This document shows, piece by piece, positions 10,468 through 20,419 of a stretch of 64,000 bases of DNA. Location: IMG/VR virus record IMGVR_UViG_3300025390_000003, positions 32,001 to 96,000 of that record; one strand, given 5' to 3'. The notes beneath the pieces were generated by a model that searched no databases, was not told the DNA's origin, and worked only from the letters and a program-made list of their open reading frames with translations. The position numbers and the translations under genes are program-made. Within the stretch, counting starts at the first letter, position 1; every line of letters starts with the position of its first letter. Source of the DNA: a virus (Duplodnaviria > Caudoviricetes).

Positions 10468-13400
10468 TTATTGAACATCTACCCATAGATTTTTTGTTAG
10501 TAAATAATTGAAAATCGTCTCAATTATGCCATTATCCGCATACCAATCAGCAGAAAGCGTTCGGTCTAATGTAGTATATGGACTATCCCAATCTATAATA
10601 TTATTCACATTTACACCACTAATTTGATTGCCCCATAATTTATATTTAGATATAGAAGCCAAATCTAACATATTTTGTATATCAGTAGGAAAATCTACAC
10701 CATACGTAAAATTACTTTGGTCTATTTCTGCTGCTAATGATTGTAATTGTGATATTTCGCAGGTATCAATATCCGAAACATTAGTGTTAAAATTCGCAAT
10801 CTTTTCATATAACATTTTTCCAATGTCCTCAAAAGTATTATCATTACTCGATCCCGCATCACCAACAACAGCAGGAAGAAATTCATCAAACATTTTAGTA
10901 TTATTATACAAAACTTCAGGAAACGCCAAAGATTTCATATATGCAGCAAGATCGAAACTTTCATTAACCTTTCGAATTTCGTAACTATTATTAAAATTAT
11001 TAATAGAGAACGGAACGGAAACGCCAGAAATATTTATAAACTCTGTTGAATCCGAAGCATATTTTTGATACCAAACATTACCAGTCCAATCGCCAGTAAC
11101 ACTTGCTGATTTTGCGTAATTCGAGGATAAAACATCAACTGTAGTATTATCATCAGAAAGATAATACAATATGTTTGGTGATCTTTTAGCATTAATGACC
11201 TTTAATCCTTGCACACCATCAAAAGAAGAATCAGCATTAAAAATATATGCATTATTTGTAATTGCATCGATTACCCAAACTCTATTATAAACATCAACAG
11301 CCAATCCACCAATTTCTTCATCTTCCATCCCATCAAAATCTGATTCGAACGCAGGAGTTATTATATTTCTAACATTATTACTATTATTAAAATATACTGG
11401 AGTTAAAGACCAAGTTTTAACGTTTCCGCTTAATCTATCAACATAACCAAAACTTCTAACACCAAAAGAGAACCAAGGATTATTGTCTCTATCTAATGCT
11501 ATATATACTGGTCTATTAATTCCTGATATTGAACTCATTAACACTCCATTGGTGCTATACTTTTCGATTAATCCTCCTGAAATGGTGGAATTAAAAGATT
11601 CTGTTACCCATATATCATTTTGTTTATCAACTACAATATTAGTAGGAACTGAATTTGATGATAAAGAAATGGTATGCATTATCAAACCCCCTGATGAATA
11701 TTTTACCATTGTGCTAGAATTAGGATTACTGTATGTAACCCAAACATCTCCATTCCTATCAGTTTCTACAACAGGAGGCTTCATTAAATAATCATCTTCA
11801 TATATCCCAATTTCACTAGGAGTAATTGAAAATAATAAATTTAGATTGTTGTCGAACTTCAAAACTGATAATGAATTGTATAAAGATACCCATATGTTAC
11901 GATCTTTGTCTAGACTAATATATGATGGAGTAGTTCCTGACACAGATGGAATATTATCATCAAACACACTAGATAAGTTTAACGTGCTCAATAATTCACC
12001 ATAACTAGAAAATTTATATATTGCATCTTGTTCTCCATCTACCGCAATTATATCAAAATTATATGGATCAATAGCCAATCCATAAATACCAGAAAATCCT
12101 GATATAGAATAATTAAACGTATTATTACTTGATAGAATAGGAACCGTAAATTTATCAACAGTTCCTTCTATTAACAACCCATTATCTCTATAATAATCAA
12201 CGACTGGACACGCACCCGATACTGGTTGTGGTGTGTATGCTATTTTACTAACACTTCCTATATCTGGAGTAGGAACAATTACAAAGAAATTCGGAGCTAA
12301 ATTTGTTGGATATGCAAAATTATATGTCCCTGCTGATACGTTATTAATAGTAGTAGAAACATAAATCGACACAGTATCAAAGGCACTAGAAGAATTAATA
12401 GTAGTAAATTTATATCCACTATTATTATTAAATCCATTTTCATCAGTAGTTGTGAAATATAATGGAGCATCTTCACAAGAAATTGGAATCATTCCTGTAG
12501 AGGTAGAAAGTGCAAAATATATAGAACTTAATTGTCCTATTGCATTTGTCTCAGGATATGTAAAAACGATATTGCTTTGTGATGCGGTTTCAATATCTCC
12601 ACCAAAATTATATTCTCTACCATAACTATGTAATGTTATCATGGTAGGAATTTTAACATCTGTCCAATTTCTACTATAAATTTCATCGATGTAATTTCCA
12701 GTGACTCGCATAAAGTTAGGAAAAGAAACTCCCACTTGCCACACAGTAACCGCTCTCGATACTTTACTATTCGCAAAACTATTATAATCGTATATATTAG
12801 AATCATTCGGATAACTAAATCCTGATGTTTGTAAAGTTGCGGATATTAGTAAAGGACAATCAACTGTAGGCTTTCCGCTTCCTATACTATCCACATAATA
12901 CACTGATGCTTCTGCTGACATACCAACAATAGTAGTTTTTCCATCAACAGTCAAATAAATCGGGGAACCGCTTAATTCCAAATTTTCTACCGTATTAAGT
13001 CCTAAATCGTCTGTAGTAAATCTCCAAGTCGGATTAATAAAATTCCACTTTGATGGTATTTGACTATATGGGATAGATTTTGAATCCGCCGCAAATAAAT
13101 TAACTACTAATGGTTTATCTACTTGAAATGTTTGTAGATATATTACAAATGGGGTGTCTGTAGGTTTACCTGCAAGTCCATAAGATTTAGGCAATTTAGA
13201 AAACGTAATAAAATCATCAACATACGACTTTGCTGTTAGTTCTATATTTTGAGTGCTGCTATTGTTAGAAGAATCAAATCCAGATAACGTCACATTATAT
13301 ACACCAGGGTAGTTGTATACGTGAGTAAAATCAATTTCGTTATAAACAAAATTTCCATCACCCATATCCCATATTCTTTTAACGACATCACTCGAAGAAG

Positions 13401-13473
13401 TATCTACAAACCTAAAATCCGTCGCATAGATAAATCCTACATTATCAGAAGAAAGTGTAAAATTTGCAATCAT
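10468..13473 (-). CDS. Baseplate-associated protein with PKD domain and NHL-like beta-propeller
   Basis: WDMGDG...HVYNYPGVYNVTL (PKD) and repeated D..G..WV blades; follows gp6. Confidence 0.75.
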   Translation of the reverse strand: MIANFTLSSDNVGFIYATDFRFVDTSSSDVVKRIWDMGDGNFVYNEIDFTHVYNYPGVYNVTLSGFDSSNNSSTQNIELTAKSYVDDFITFSKLPKSYGLAGKPTDTPFVIYLQTFQVDKPLVVNLFAADSKSIPYSQIPSKWNFINPTWRFTTDDLGLNTVENLELSGSPIYLTVDGKTTIVGMSAEASVYYVDSIGSGKPTVDCPLLISATLQTSGFSYPNDSNIYDYNSFANSKVSRAVTVWQVGVSFPNFMRVTGNYIDEIYSRNWTDVKIPTMITLHSYGREYNFGGDIETASQSNIVFTYPETNAIGQLSSIYFALSTSTGMIPISCEDAPLYFTTTDENGFNNNSGYKFTTINSSSAFDTVSIYVSTTINNVSAGTYNFAYPTNLAPNFFVIVPTPDIGSVSKIAYTPQPVSGACPVVDYYRDNGLLIEGTVDKFTVPILSSNNTFNYSISGFSGIYGLAIDPYNFDIIAVDGEQDAIYKFSSYGELLSTLNLSSVFDDNIPSVSGTTPSYISLDKDRNIWVSLYNSLSVLKFDNNLNLLFSITPSEIGIYEDDYLMKPPVVETDRNGDVWVTYSNPNSSTMVKYSSGGLIMHTISLSSNSVPTNIVVDKQNDIWVTESFNSTISGGLIEKYSTNGVLMSSISGINRPVYIALDRDNNPWFSFGVRSFGYVDRLSGNVKTWSLTPVYFNNSNNVRNIITPAFESDFDGMEDEEIGGLAVDVYNRVWVIDAITNNAYIFNADSSFDGVQGLKVINAKRSPNILYYLSDDNTTVDVLSSNYAKSASVTGDWTGNVWYQKYASDSTEFINISGVSVPFSINNFNNSYEIRKVNESFDLAAYMKSLAFPEVLYNNTKMFDEFLPAVVGDAGSSNDNTFEDIGKMLYEKIANFNTNVSDIDTCEISQLQSLAAEIDQSNFTYGVDFPTDIQNMLDLASISKYKLWGNQISGVNVNNIIDWDSPYTTLDRTLSADWYADNGIIETIFNYLLTKNLWVDVQ

Positions 13474-13475
13474 AA

Positions 13476-15305
13476 TTAATAACCTAAAAATCCTTTATTG
13501 GTTTGTGTTGGTTGTATAACGATTTTATTTGCCAGATTATTATAATCAAATAGATATGGATATTCAAACAACCTAAACTGCATATTATTTGAAGTTTGTG
13601 TTAAATCTATTGTAGAATAATCAGGGTTCCATACAAACAAAGACAAACCTTGGAATAATACATCACTATCCACTCTTCCAGTATAGAAAGTATGCACACC
13701 ATCTATTTCTAATATTTTTTGTGTTATGATTTTTATATCCAATGTCTGTCCAAGTGTAATACTAGTTCTATCAAAATAATCTTTAAACACCCCAACTACA
13801 TCATTAACTATTGCAACATTATCTCTATTAGAATTTGGAGACTTACTAATATATAATCTACTAACACTTTCATCCGTCACTACAAAAGGATCGCCAATAT
13901 TGTATATACCAATTGCAACCGCTTTATACACTGGATCAGCATAAGCAATTTCCGCAGACATACATTTAGATGGTTGTATTGATGTGCTTATTAACTCTTT
14001 CTGTGCTGGTAATAAGTAAGATAAAGTTATATTATCCGTAGTTTTTGGCACCACAAATAAATATACATTATTAAAATTGCAAGCATCCGAAAATTGAATC
14101 TGATTAAATAATGCTCTACTAGACATTGTAGGATCGGTTAATCCCAAATCATAAAAATATTGTAAATATTCTGTAGTATATACCCAATTATTAACCACGA
14201 CAACATCTGAAATCAAATTCGCAAAATTTGTTTTTATAAACTTTGTATAATCCGCTTCATTTATTAGTCTATACTGACTTCTAAAAATTGCTGGAGCATT
14301 TTCTCTTATTTCATCCGCAGTTTCTACATCTTGTATAGGAGTTGATGCAGTATAGTTTGTAATTTTAACATTTGATAGATCATTATTTGATATACTATTC
14401 AAATAACTATTATTCAAAACATCCGAAAGAATTTGTGTGAACTGTGCGGTATTAAAAATTTGTGGCGAGGCATTTTTTAACGCTTGCTGACCAATAACTC
14501 CAGTGGTTCCATCACTTTTTAAATAATACAAAGCAACTACATCCCCTTCTTGCAGTTTTCTACCATTAATATCATTACCGAAAACTATTTCATATTGTTT
14601 ATTACCATTCAAACGGATTTCATATTTTTCCGCATTGCTACTTTCTAGATATAAATTAATAGTTTTTGTATATTGCACCCATGTTCCTGTAGTATATGGC
14701 TTGACATACACATCAACATTAAAATGATCAATATTAGTTCCAATTGGTGGAGATAATAACACAAGTTCATTACCTTCTCCTGTTGCGGTATATATTGGAT
14801 ATTCTTGGTATGATCCCTGAAACAACAAAGTTTGATTACTTAAATCGTCTAGTCCTTCAGTTACACCTGATAATGTCTTCACAAATGTAGCTTCAGTATT
14901 AAACGAAAATTTTACATTATTAACACTAACATACGAATATCTTGGTATCGTGTATATTCCTGCATTTAACTTCCCGACAGTAGCAGAGAAAGATAATGTA
15001 GATGTTTGATATCCTATTGGATTATAGTCTAACAATTTTACAATTCTATTTATATTCTCATAAAGTTGTGCTTCTGTAAACATAGATTCAGAAGCAGTTC
15101 TATTTAGATAATAAATTAATGTATTGAAAGAATATGCAACAATATCTATTATAGATGCTAAATTACTACCAATATAGTTTTGGTCTGTAAATACTTGTTT
15201 ACTATTAAGTCTATCGATAATCAATTGTCGTAATGAAGTGGCATCAAAAGCGGCATATCCACCTTTTGGTATATCGAAATTATTAAAATTGTTTATTGTT
15301 GACAT
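13476..15305 (-). CDS. gp6: Baseplate wedge subunit gp6-like
   Basis: FTDQNYIGSNL..IIDIVAY, YEIVFGND..G and ETADEIRENAP..FRSQYRL motifs. Confidence 0.9.
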   Translation of the reverse strand: MSTINNFNNFDIPKGGYAAFDATSLRQLIIDRLNSKQVFTDQNYIGSNLASIIDIVAYSFNTLIYYLNRTASESMFTEAQLYENINRIVKLLDYNPIGYQTSTLSFSATVGKLNAGIYTIPRYSYVSVNNVKFSFNTEATFVKTLSGVTEGLDDLSNQTLLFQGSYQEYPIYTATGEGNELVLLSPPIGTNIDHFNVDVYVKPYTTGTWVQYTKTINLYLESSNAEKYEIRLNGNKQYEIVFGNDINGRKLQEGDVVALYYLKSDGTTGVIGQQALKNASPQIFNTAQFTQILSDVLNNSYLNSISNNDLSNVKITNYTASTPIQDVETADEIRENAPAIFRSQYRLINEADYTKFIKTNFANLISDVVVVNNWVYTTEYLQYFYDLGLTDPTMSSRALFNQIQFSDACNFNNVYLFVVPKTTDNITLSYLLPAQKELISTSIQPSKCMSAEIAYADPVYKAVAIGIYNIGDPFVVTDESVSRLYISKSPNSNRDNVAIVNDVVGVFKDYFDRTSITLGQTLDIKIITQKILEIDGVHTFYTGRVDSDVLFQGLSLFVWNPDYSTIDLTQTSNNMQFRLFEYPYLFDYNNLANKIVIQPTQTNKGFLGY

Positions 15306-15308
15306 ATA

Positions 15309-15818
15309 TTATAAATTGTTTTGTTGTTGTATTACTACAAAAGATTGACTTTTAACATTGAATACAAAAGAAGATTGTACTGATGATATATTCAAAACTG
15401 GTATTTCCATCGTAATAGTTATTGTATATTGATTATCATCAGGTTGCGCTATTACATTTATATTTAATATATTTACTCTTGGTTCGTAAATAGCGACTTT
15501 ATTAAGTATTGTATTGCCGATTAACGAAGCTGTAGTTTCTGTAATTGGCTGAAATAAATAATATTCCAGATTCATTCCATACTCTGGAAATAAAAAACGT
15601 TGTCCAGGAAGTGTAGAAAACAAATTTTGTAATGAGTTTTCAATAGCTGCAACATCTTGACTTTGTTTTATATCTGCACCAATAATAGGATTTGGATATA
15701 TCACACCATTTGTCAAGGTTTTAGAAAATACCAAATCTAAGTATAAATCTCTGTAAAGAGTGTTATACTGAGTCTTTGTATTTGATATGTTTTCTAAACT
15801 TTTTATACGGATTGCCAT
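15309..15818 (-). CDS. gp25: Baseplate wedge subunit gp25-like (start reassigned to MAIRIK)
   Basis: AIENSLQNL.ST.PGQRFLFPEYG...YEPRV; TAAATA just upstream of 15818. Confidence 0.9.
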   Translation of the reverse strand: MAIRIKSLENISNTKTQYNTLYRDLYLDLVFSKTLTNGVIYPNPIIGADIKQSQDVAAIENSLQNLFSTLPGQRFLFPEYGMNLEYYLFQPITETTASLIGNTILNKVAIYEPRVNILNINVIAQPDDNQYTITITMEIPVLNISSVQSSFVFNVKSQSFVVIQQQNNL

Positions 15819-15869
15819 ATTATCTATATTATTTATTATAAAAATTGCTAAATAATAACACAAACAATT

Positions 15870-16415
15870 ATGAATACGAAATTTGATCTATTATACGAGA
15901 ACATGTTAGGAAGATATCAACAAGGAGGATATATTGTTGGTGATAGAGTAAGATTCTCAAAAGATGCGTTAAAACACCCTTCTATGAAGGATAAAGCAGA
16001 AGGATTTGTCAATCTTATCAAATCATGTATGGATGATGGATTTGATAAGATATTGAGAATTAGTGCATTAAAAAGTATACATCCTACTACAACTTCCGGC
16101 AACTTTCGTGGGGGAACAGAAGCACCTAGCGATATTTACGCGGATATTGTTATCGAAACAAATCCCGGACTATATGTATCTCCTATGACAGTTTCAGTTG
16201 GTATGTTAGAACTGCAAGATGATCAAGATGGAAGAGGTCCCGTTCCTGATAGTCTAAAAAGAAAGGAAAAATTAAACTATCCAGAGAAAGGAAAAGCTAA
16301 AAAGACTGATGGCGATGAAGACGAACACCTTAATAATGCAACCAAAAATACAAAATTAGACCACGGAAATAAGTGGGACGATAAAAAACCTGGTGGCGGA
16401 AATTTCAAAGCGTAA
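15870..16415 (+). CDS. Hypothetical late protein, possible internal head protein
   Basis: Begins MNTKFDLLYE; TAAATA at 15849; basic tail. Confidence 0.6.
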   Translation: MNTKFDLLYENMLGRYQQGGYIVGDRVRFSKDALKHPSMKDKAEGFVNLIKSCMDDGFDKILRISALKSIHPTTTSGNFRGGTEAPSDIYADIVIETNPGLYVSPMTVSVGMLELQDDQDGRGPVPDSLKRKEKLNYPEKGKAKKTDGDEDEHLNNATKNTKLDHGNKWDDKKPGGGNFKA

Positions 16416-16433
16416 TCAAACAGCTTAAACATA

Positions 16434-16477
16434 GAAAACAAAAAATCTCAATATTATGTTGAGATTTTTTTGTTTTC
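16434..16477 (+). terminator. Intrinsic terminator overlapping the nrdJ promoter
   Basis: gaaaacaaaaaatctcaa / ttgagatttttttgttttc; TTGAGA-N16-TATAAT spans 16459..16486. Confidence 0.75.
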
Positions 16478-16542
16478 AGGTATAATTAATTGTTACAAGA
16501 GGTTGCAAAATAAATGCAATCACAGTAACAATAATTTTAAAT

Positions 16543-19125
16543 ATGTCAACAAAATCAACAACAGATGTGTTCACGAATGATTTTTCTCGTGAAATATGGG
16601 CAGATACGTATAAAGCAAATAAAGATAATACAATTTATGATTCATTCCGAAGAGTTGCAAATGCAATAGCTTCTGTAGAAGATGTAGAAAAACAAAAATA
16701 TTGGGAAGATAAATTTTATGATTTGTTGCTAGATTTTAAATTTGTTCCTGGAGGAAGGATATTAGCAAATGCAGGAACCGAATTCAAAGGAACGTCACTT
16801 ATTAATTGTTTTACTGGTGGTCATGCTACTTACGATTGCGATTCTATAGACGGTATTATGGAAGCACTTCGGTATCAAGTAAAAACATTAAAAAGCGAAG
16901 GGGGATATGGCGACAATTATTCTTTTATTAGACCAAGAGGAGCATTCATAAAAGGAATTGGAGTTGAATCTCCTGGCCCAATAAAATTCATGGAAATGTT
17001 CGATAAAAGTTCTGAAATTATTACTGCGGGGTCTGGTGAAGAAGCGAATAACAAAAACGCTAAGAAAAAAATAAGAAAAGGCGCACAAATGGGTATAATG
17101 GATTGTGTTCATCCATCTATTGAAGAATTTATTACAGCAAAACAAACTGAAGGAAGATTAACAAAATTTAACCTATCCGTAAATTTTAGCGATGAATATA
17201 TGGACAGGATCATTGAGATTAATAGGCTCGAAGAACTTGAACAAACAGAGGATATAAAGAACCAAATCACCAAAATGGACAAATGGGACTTGTGGTTCCC
17301 CGACACCACATTTGAAAAATATAAAGAAGAATGGGATGGGAATTTCAAATTATGGAAAGAAAAGCAATATCCATATAATGTGTATAAAACAATCTCTGTT
17401 AAAGGATTATGGGATTTAGTGATGAATTCTACATATAAAAGGGCAGAACCTGGAGTATTATTTCTTGATGTTGCAAACAAAACACATTGCTGGAATTATG
17501 CAGGAACAAGATCATGGATTTCTAGCACTAATGCATGCTCTGAACAAACGATGCCACAATTTTCAAGTTGTGATTTAGGAACCATAAATTTAACACAATT
17601 TATAAACAAAACCAAAACAGGGTTTGATATAGAAAAAATTAAAAAATCTGTAAAAATCGCCGTTCGGTTTTTAGATAATGTAAATTCATATACTACAGCA
17701 CCACTACCACAATATATGGATTCTATAACAAATCGTCGTAGAATAGGATTGGGAGTTATGGGTTGGGGGTCTTCTTTATATATACTCAAAACAAAATTTG
17801 CATCAGGAAAGGCGGAAAAAATAAAAGAAGAATTGATGCATGCCTTTACTGAAGCGGGTATTGAAGAATCTATTAATCTAGCAGAAGAAAAGGGTATGTT
17901 TAAAGATTGCGAACCTGAAAAACATGCGAAAGCATATTTTTGGGATCAGATTAACTTAAACCAAGAGTTAAGAAACAAAATGAAAAAATACGGAATTAGA
18001 AATTCTGCACTATTTTCCTGCCAACCTAATGGGAACACTTCGATATTAGCAAATATTATAACTGGTGGAATCGAGCCATTATTCTTACACTCATATATTA
18101 GAACATCTATCGTTAACGTATTACCAGAACATATACGAGAAGTATGCCCGAAATATTGGACGGGTGAATTTATCGAAACCGAATTGTTCAAATTTGTAAA
18201 AGAAGGATCGGATACTATTCTTAGGGGAGTAGATTCTGATGGAACTGTGTATAAAATCGATAAAAATAGAGGGCTTACCAAGGAAACTTTATGTGAAGAT
18301 TATGGGGTTAGTATACTCAAAAACGCCGGAGAATGGAACGAAAATGCTGACTATGCGGTTACAACATCAAATTTAACAGTAGAAGAACATTTAATAGATT
18401 TACGTGGTTGGGGGAAATGGTTAGATGCGAGTTGTAGCAAAACTGTAAATATACCAAAAGATTATAAATTTGAAGATTTTAAAAATGTATATTTAGATGC
18501 GTATAAATCAAAAGTATTAAAGGGTATCACAACATATCGAGCAGGTATCATGACGAATGTATTGGCTGCTACTACTAACGGAGAAGACACCACAAATTCA
18601 ATACCAAAACCAACCGCACCAAAAAGAGGAAAAAGACTTAATGCGGATATGCACCACATAACCATTAAGGGGAATAGATATTATGTTGCTGTTGGATTGA
18701 TGGACGGAATGTTATATGAAGTTTTCACTGGTAGTAATCATAATCACGAAGGGGATATAATCATCCCCAAAACCGTTAAATCAGGAATAGTGGTAAAACA
18801 CGGAACAGGAAAATATGTGTTCATCAGTGAAGATAAGGAATATTCATTAACGAATGGGCATAATGACCCCACTGCGGATGCCCTTACCCGAATGATTTCC
18901 ATAGGACTTCGGCATGGAGTTGAAATTAGTAATATAGTAAAACAATTAGAAAATACTACAGGGGATATGTTCACATTCTCTAAAGTATTATCAAGAACGT
19001 TAAAGAAATATATTAAAGATGGAACAGTTGTAGATGGAGAAAAATGTCCAACATGCGGAGGTAATATAATCAGAATGTCGGGTTGCTATACTTGCATGGA
19101 TTGTGGATATAGTAAATGTCAATAA
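16543..19125 (+). CDS. nrdJ: Class II (adenosylcobalamin-dependent) ribonucleotide reductase
   Basis: PGGRILANAG, NCF, RKGAQMG, EPGVLF, TNACSEQ, RRIGLG; C-terminal TSCPD-like domain and Zn ribbon; no nrdB nearby. Confidence 0.9.
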   Translation: MSTKSTTDVFTNDFSREIWADTYKANKDNTIYDSFRRVANAIASVEDVEKQKYWEDKFYDLLLDFKFVPGGRILANAGTEFKGTSLINCFTGGHATYDCDSIDGIMEALRYQVKTLKSEGGYGDNYSFIRPRGAFIKGIGVESPGPIKFMEMFDKSSEIITAGSGEEANNKNAKKKIRKGAQMGIMDCVHPSIEEFITAKQTEGRLTKFNLSVNFSDEYMDRIIEINRLEELEQTEDIKNQITKMDKWDLWFPDTTFEKYKEEWDGNFKLWKEKQYPYNVYKTISVKGLWDLVMNSTYKRAEPGVLFLDVANKTHCWNYAGTRSWISSTNACSEQTMPQFSSCDLGTINLTQFINKTKTGFDIEKIKKSVKIAVRFLDNVNSYTTAPLPQYMDSITNRRRIGLGVMGWGSSLYILKTKFASGKAEKIKEELMHAFTEAGIEESINLAEEKGMFKDCEPEKHAKAYFWDQINLNQELRNKMKKYGIRNSALFSCQPNGNTSILANIITGGIEPLFLHSYIRTSIVNVLPEHIREVCPKYWTGEFIETELFKFVKEGSDTILRGVDSDGTVYKIDKNRGLTKETLCEDYGVSILKNAGEWNENADYAVTTSNLTVEEHLIDLRGWGKWLDASCSKTVNIPKDYKFEDFKNVYLDAYKSKVLKGITTYRAGIMTNVLAATTNGEDTTNSIPKPTAPKRGKRLNADMHHITIKGNRYYVAVGLMDGMLYEVFTGSNHNHEGDIIIPKTVKSGIVVKHGTGKYVFISEDKEYSLTNGHNDPTADALTRMISIGLRHGVEISNIVKQLENTTGDMFTFSKVLSRTLKKYIKDGTVVDGEKCPTCGGNIIRMSGCYTCMDCGYSKCQ

Positions 19126-19132
19126 CTGAAAA

Positions 19133-19168
19133 TGCGCACCCAATGAATCTATATTGATTGGGTGCGCA
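19133..19168. terminator. Hairpin between convergent genes, probable terminator
   Basis: tgcgcacccaat / attgggtgcgca 12-bp inverted repeat. Confidence 0.75.
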
Positions 19169-19198
19169 AAGCGGTTCTGGTGGAAAATGTGAGCTTGT

Positions 19199-19633
19199 TT
19201 AATAACCTAAAACAAACCAACTTATACCACCCGCAGAAAATGGGTCTACATTAGCATTCTGTATTTGTATCGACAGATTTGTTTGTGTGGCATTAGTAAT
19301 TATTTGAACCCAAGTATCATCAGCATTACCAACATTACCAACACCAGGAGAACTCTTTATCCACGTTGCTTGTTGATGAATACAAGCATTAGGAAAAACA
19401 ACGGGAAACGAAACTGTTACAACATTTTGACTATTATATATTAATGGTGTTTCACCCCACTGCATTATCAATCCACTACCAAATGTTTGATACCCAACAG
19501 AAGAAAGTGACGCACTACCACTCAATTGATGTATGAGATTGTCGAAATTGTTAGCATTAAAATTTATAGAAGACAACGAAGTTCCTATGCATTCCGTTGG
19601 CTGAATTGTAACTGTTCCGTAATAATTGCTCAT
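19199..19633 (-). CDS. Small tail fibre-like protein
   Basis: GYQTFGSGLIMQWG...VSFPVVFPNAC...WFVLGY is a common tail-fibre C-terminal domain. Confidence 0.7.
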   Translation of the reverse strand: MSNYYGTVTIQPTECIGTSLSSINFNANNFDNLIHQLSGSASLSSVGYQTFGSGLIMQWGETPLIYNSQNVVTVSFPVVFPNACIHQQATWIKSSPGVGNVGNADDTWVQIITNATQTNLSIQIQNANVDPFSAGGISWFVLGY

Positions 19634-19639
19634 TTGTTA

Positions 19640-20164
19640 TTATTTATCCATTATTTCAACTTCAGTGGGTATAAATTCTCTACCTCTAATTATTTTTTCC
19701 TCTGGTTCTTCTAATCCTAACATTTGTTTAATTATTTCTTCTCTGGATGCTACTATAACTTGTGTGTTATTAGTAATAGTATTTGTTGGTGATGAGGCGG
19801 GTAATGCTTTCACCATTTCTTTTTTATTAGAAAAATCCAAAGCTTTTATTTCCTTTGTCATTTCATGTTTTTTACGGAGGATGTTTAATTTATTCAGTGA
19901 TTCGAGTGCTCCTGTAGTTGAAGTTATTAATGCTGCAAGTGCTGCGATTTCATCAGGGTTTTGGCCTTGTGTTATATAATCCTTTAATTCCTTTACTGAA
20001 TCCAAACTTAAATCTATCAATGCACTAGATTTCTTTAATATAAAATTCGACAATTCATCTTCCGTTGGTGCTGCTGCCTCTGGTGTAATATTTGGAATTT
20101 TTGGTGGATATCCAGCAGAAAGTTGATTTAGTAAAGTATCAATATTGTCAATTTCGTCATTCAT
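19640..20164 (-). CDS. Probable terminase small subunit (gp16-like)
   Basis: Helical core with C-terminal TITNNTQVIVASREEIIKQML resembling gp16 homologs. Confidence 0.55.
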   Translation of the reverse strand: MNDEIDNIDTLLNQLSAGYPPKIPNITPEAAAPTEDELSNFILKKSSALIDLSLDSVKELKDYITQGQNPDEIAALAALITSTTGALESLNKLNILRKKHEMTKEIKALDFSNKKEMVKALPASSPTNTITNNTQVIVASREEIIKQMLGLEEPEEKIIRGREFIPTEVEIMDK

Positions 20165-20223
20165 GTAAAAATACTTAATTAAATAACTTGCAAAATCAAA
20201 CTATATATAATAATTATAATCAT

Positions 20224-20382
20224 ATGGAAACTATTATTAATACAATTCAAGGAACCTTCATCGTCCCAAAAGAAAAAGAATCAGCACTTATAAACTGGCT
20301 ACAAGCTAATGCGATTCGTCAAGGTTCTCAAAGAGTAGAAGAAGGTAATAATTATAACGGAACGCAATTAATTCACGATTAA
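20224..20382 (+). CDS. Small hypothetical protein (start reassigned to METIINT)
   Basis: ATG at 20224 within the tracked TTG-start ORF. Confidence 0.55.
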   Translation: METIINTIQGTFIVPKEKESALINWLQANAIRQGSQRVEEGNNYNGTQLIHD

Positions 20383-20419
20383 TTTGATTTTTGGTAATTT
20401 TGATATATAATTTCTTTAT

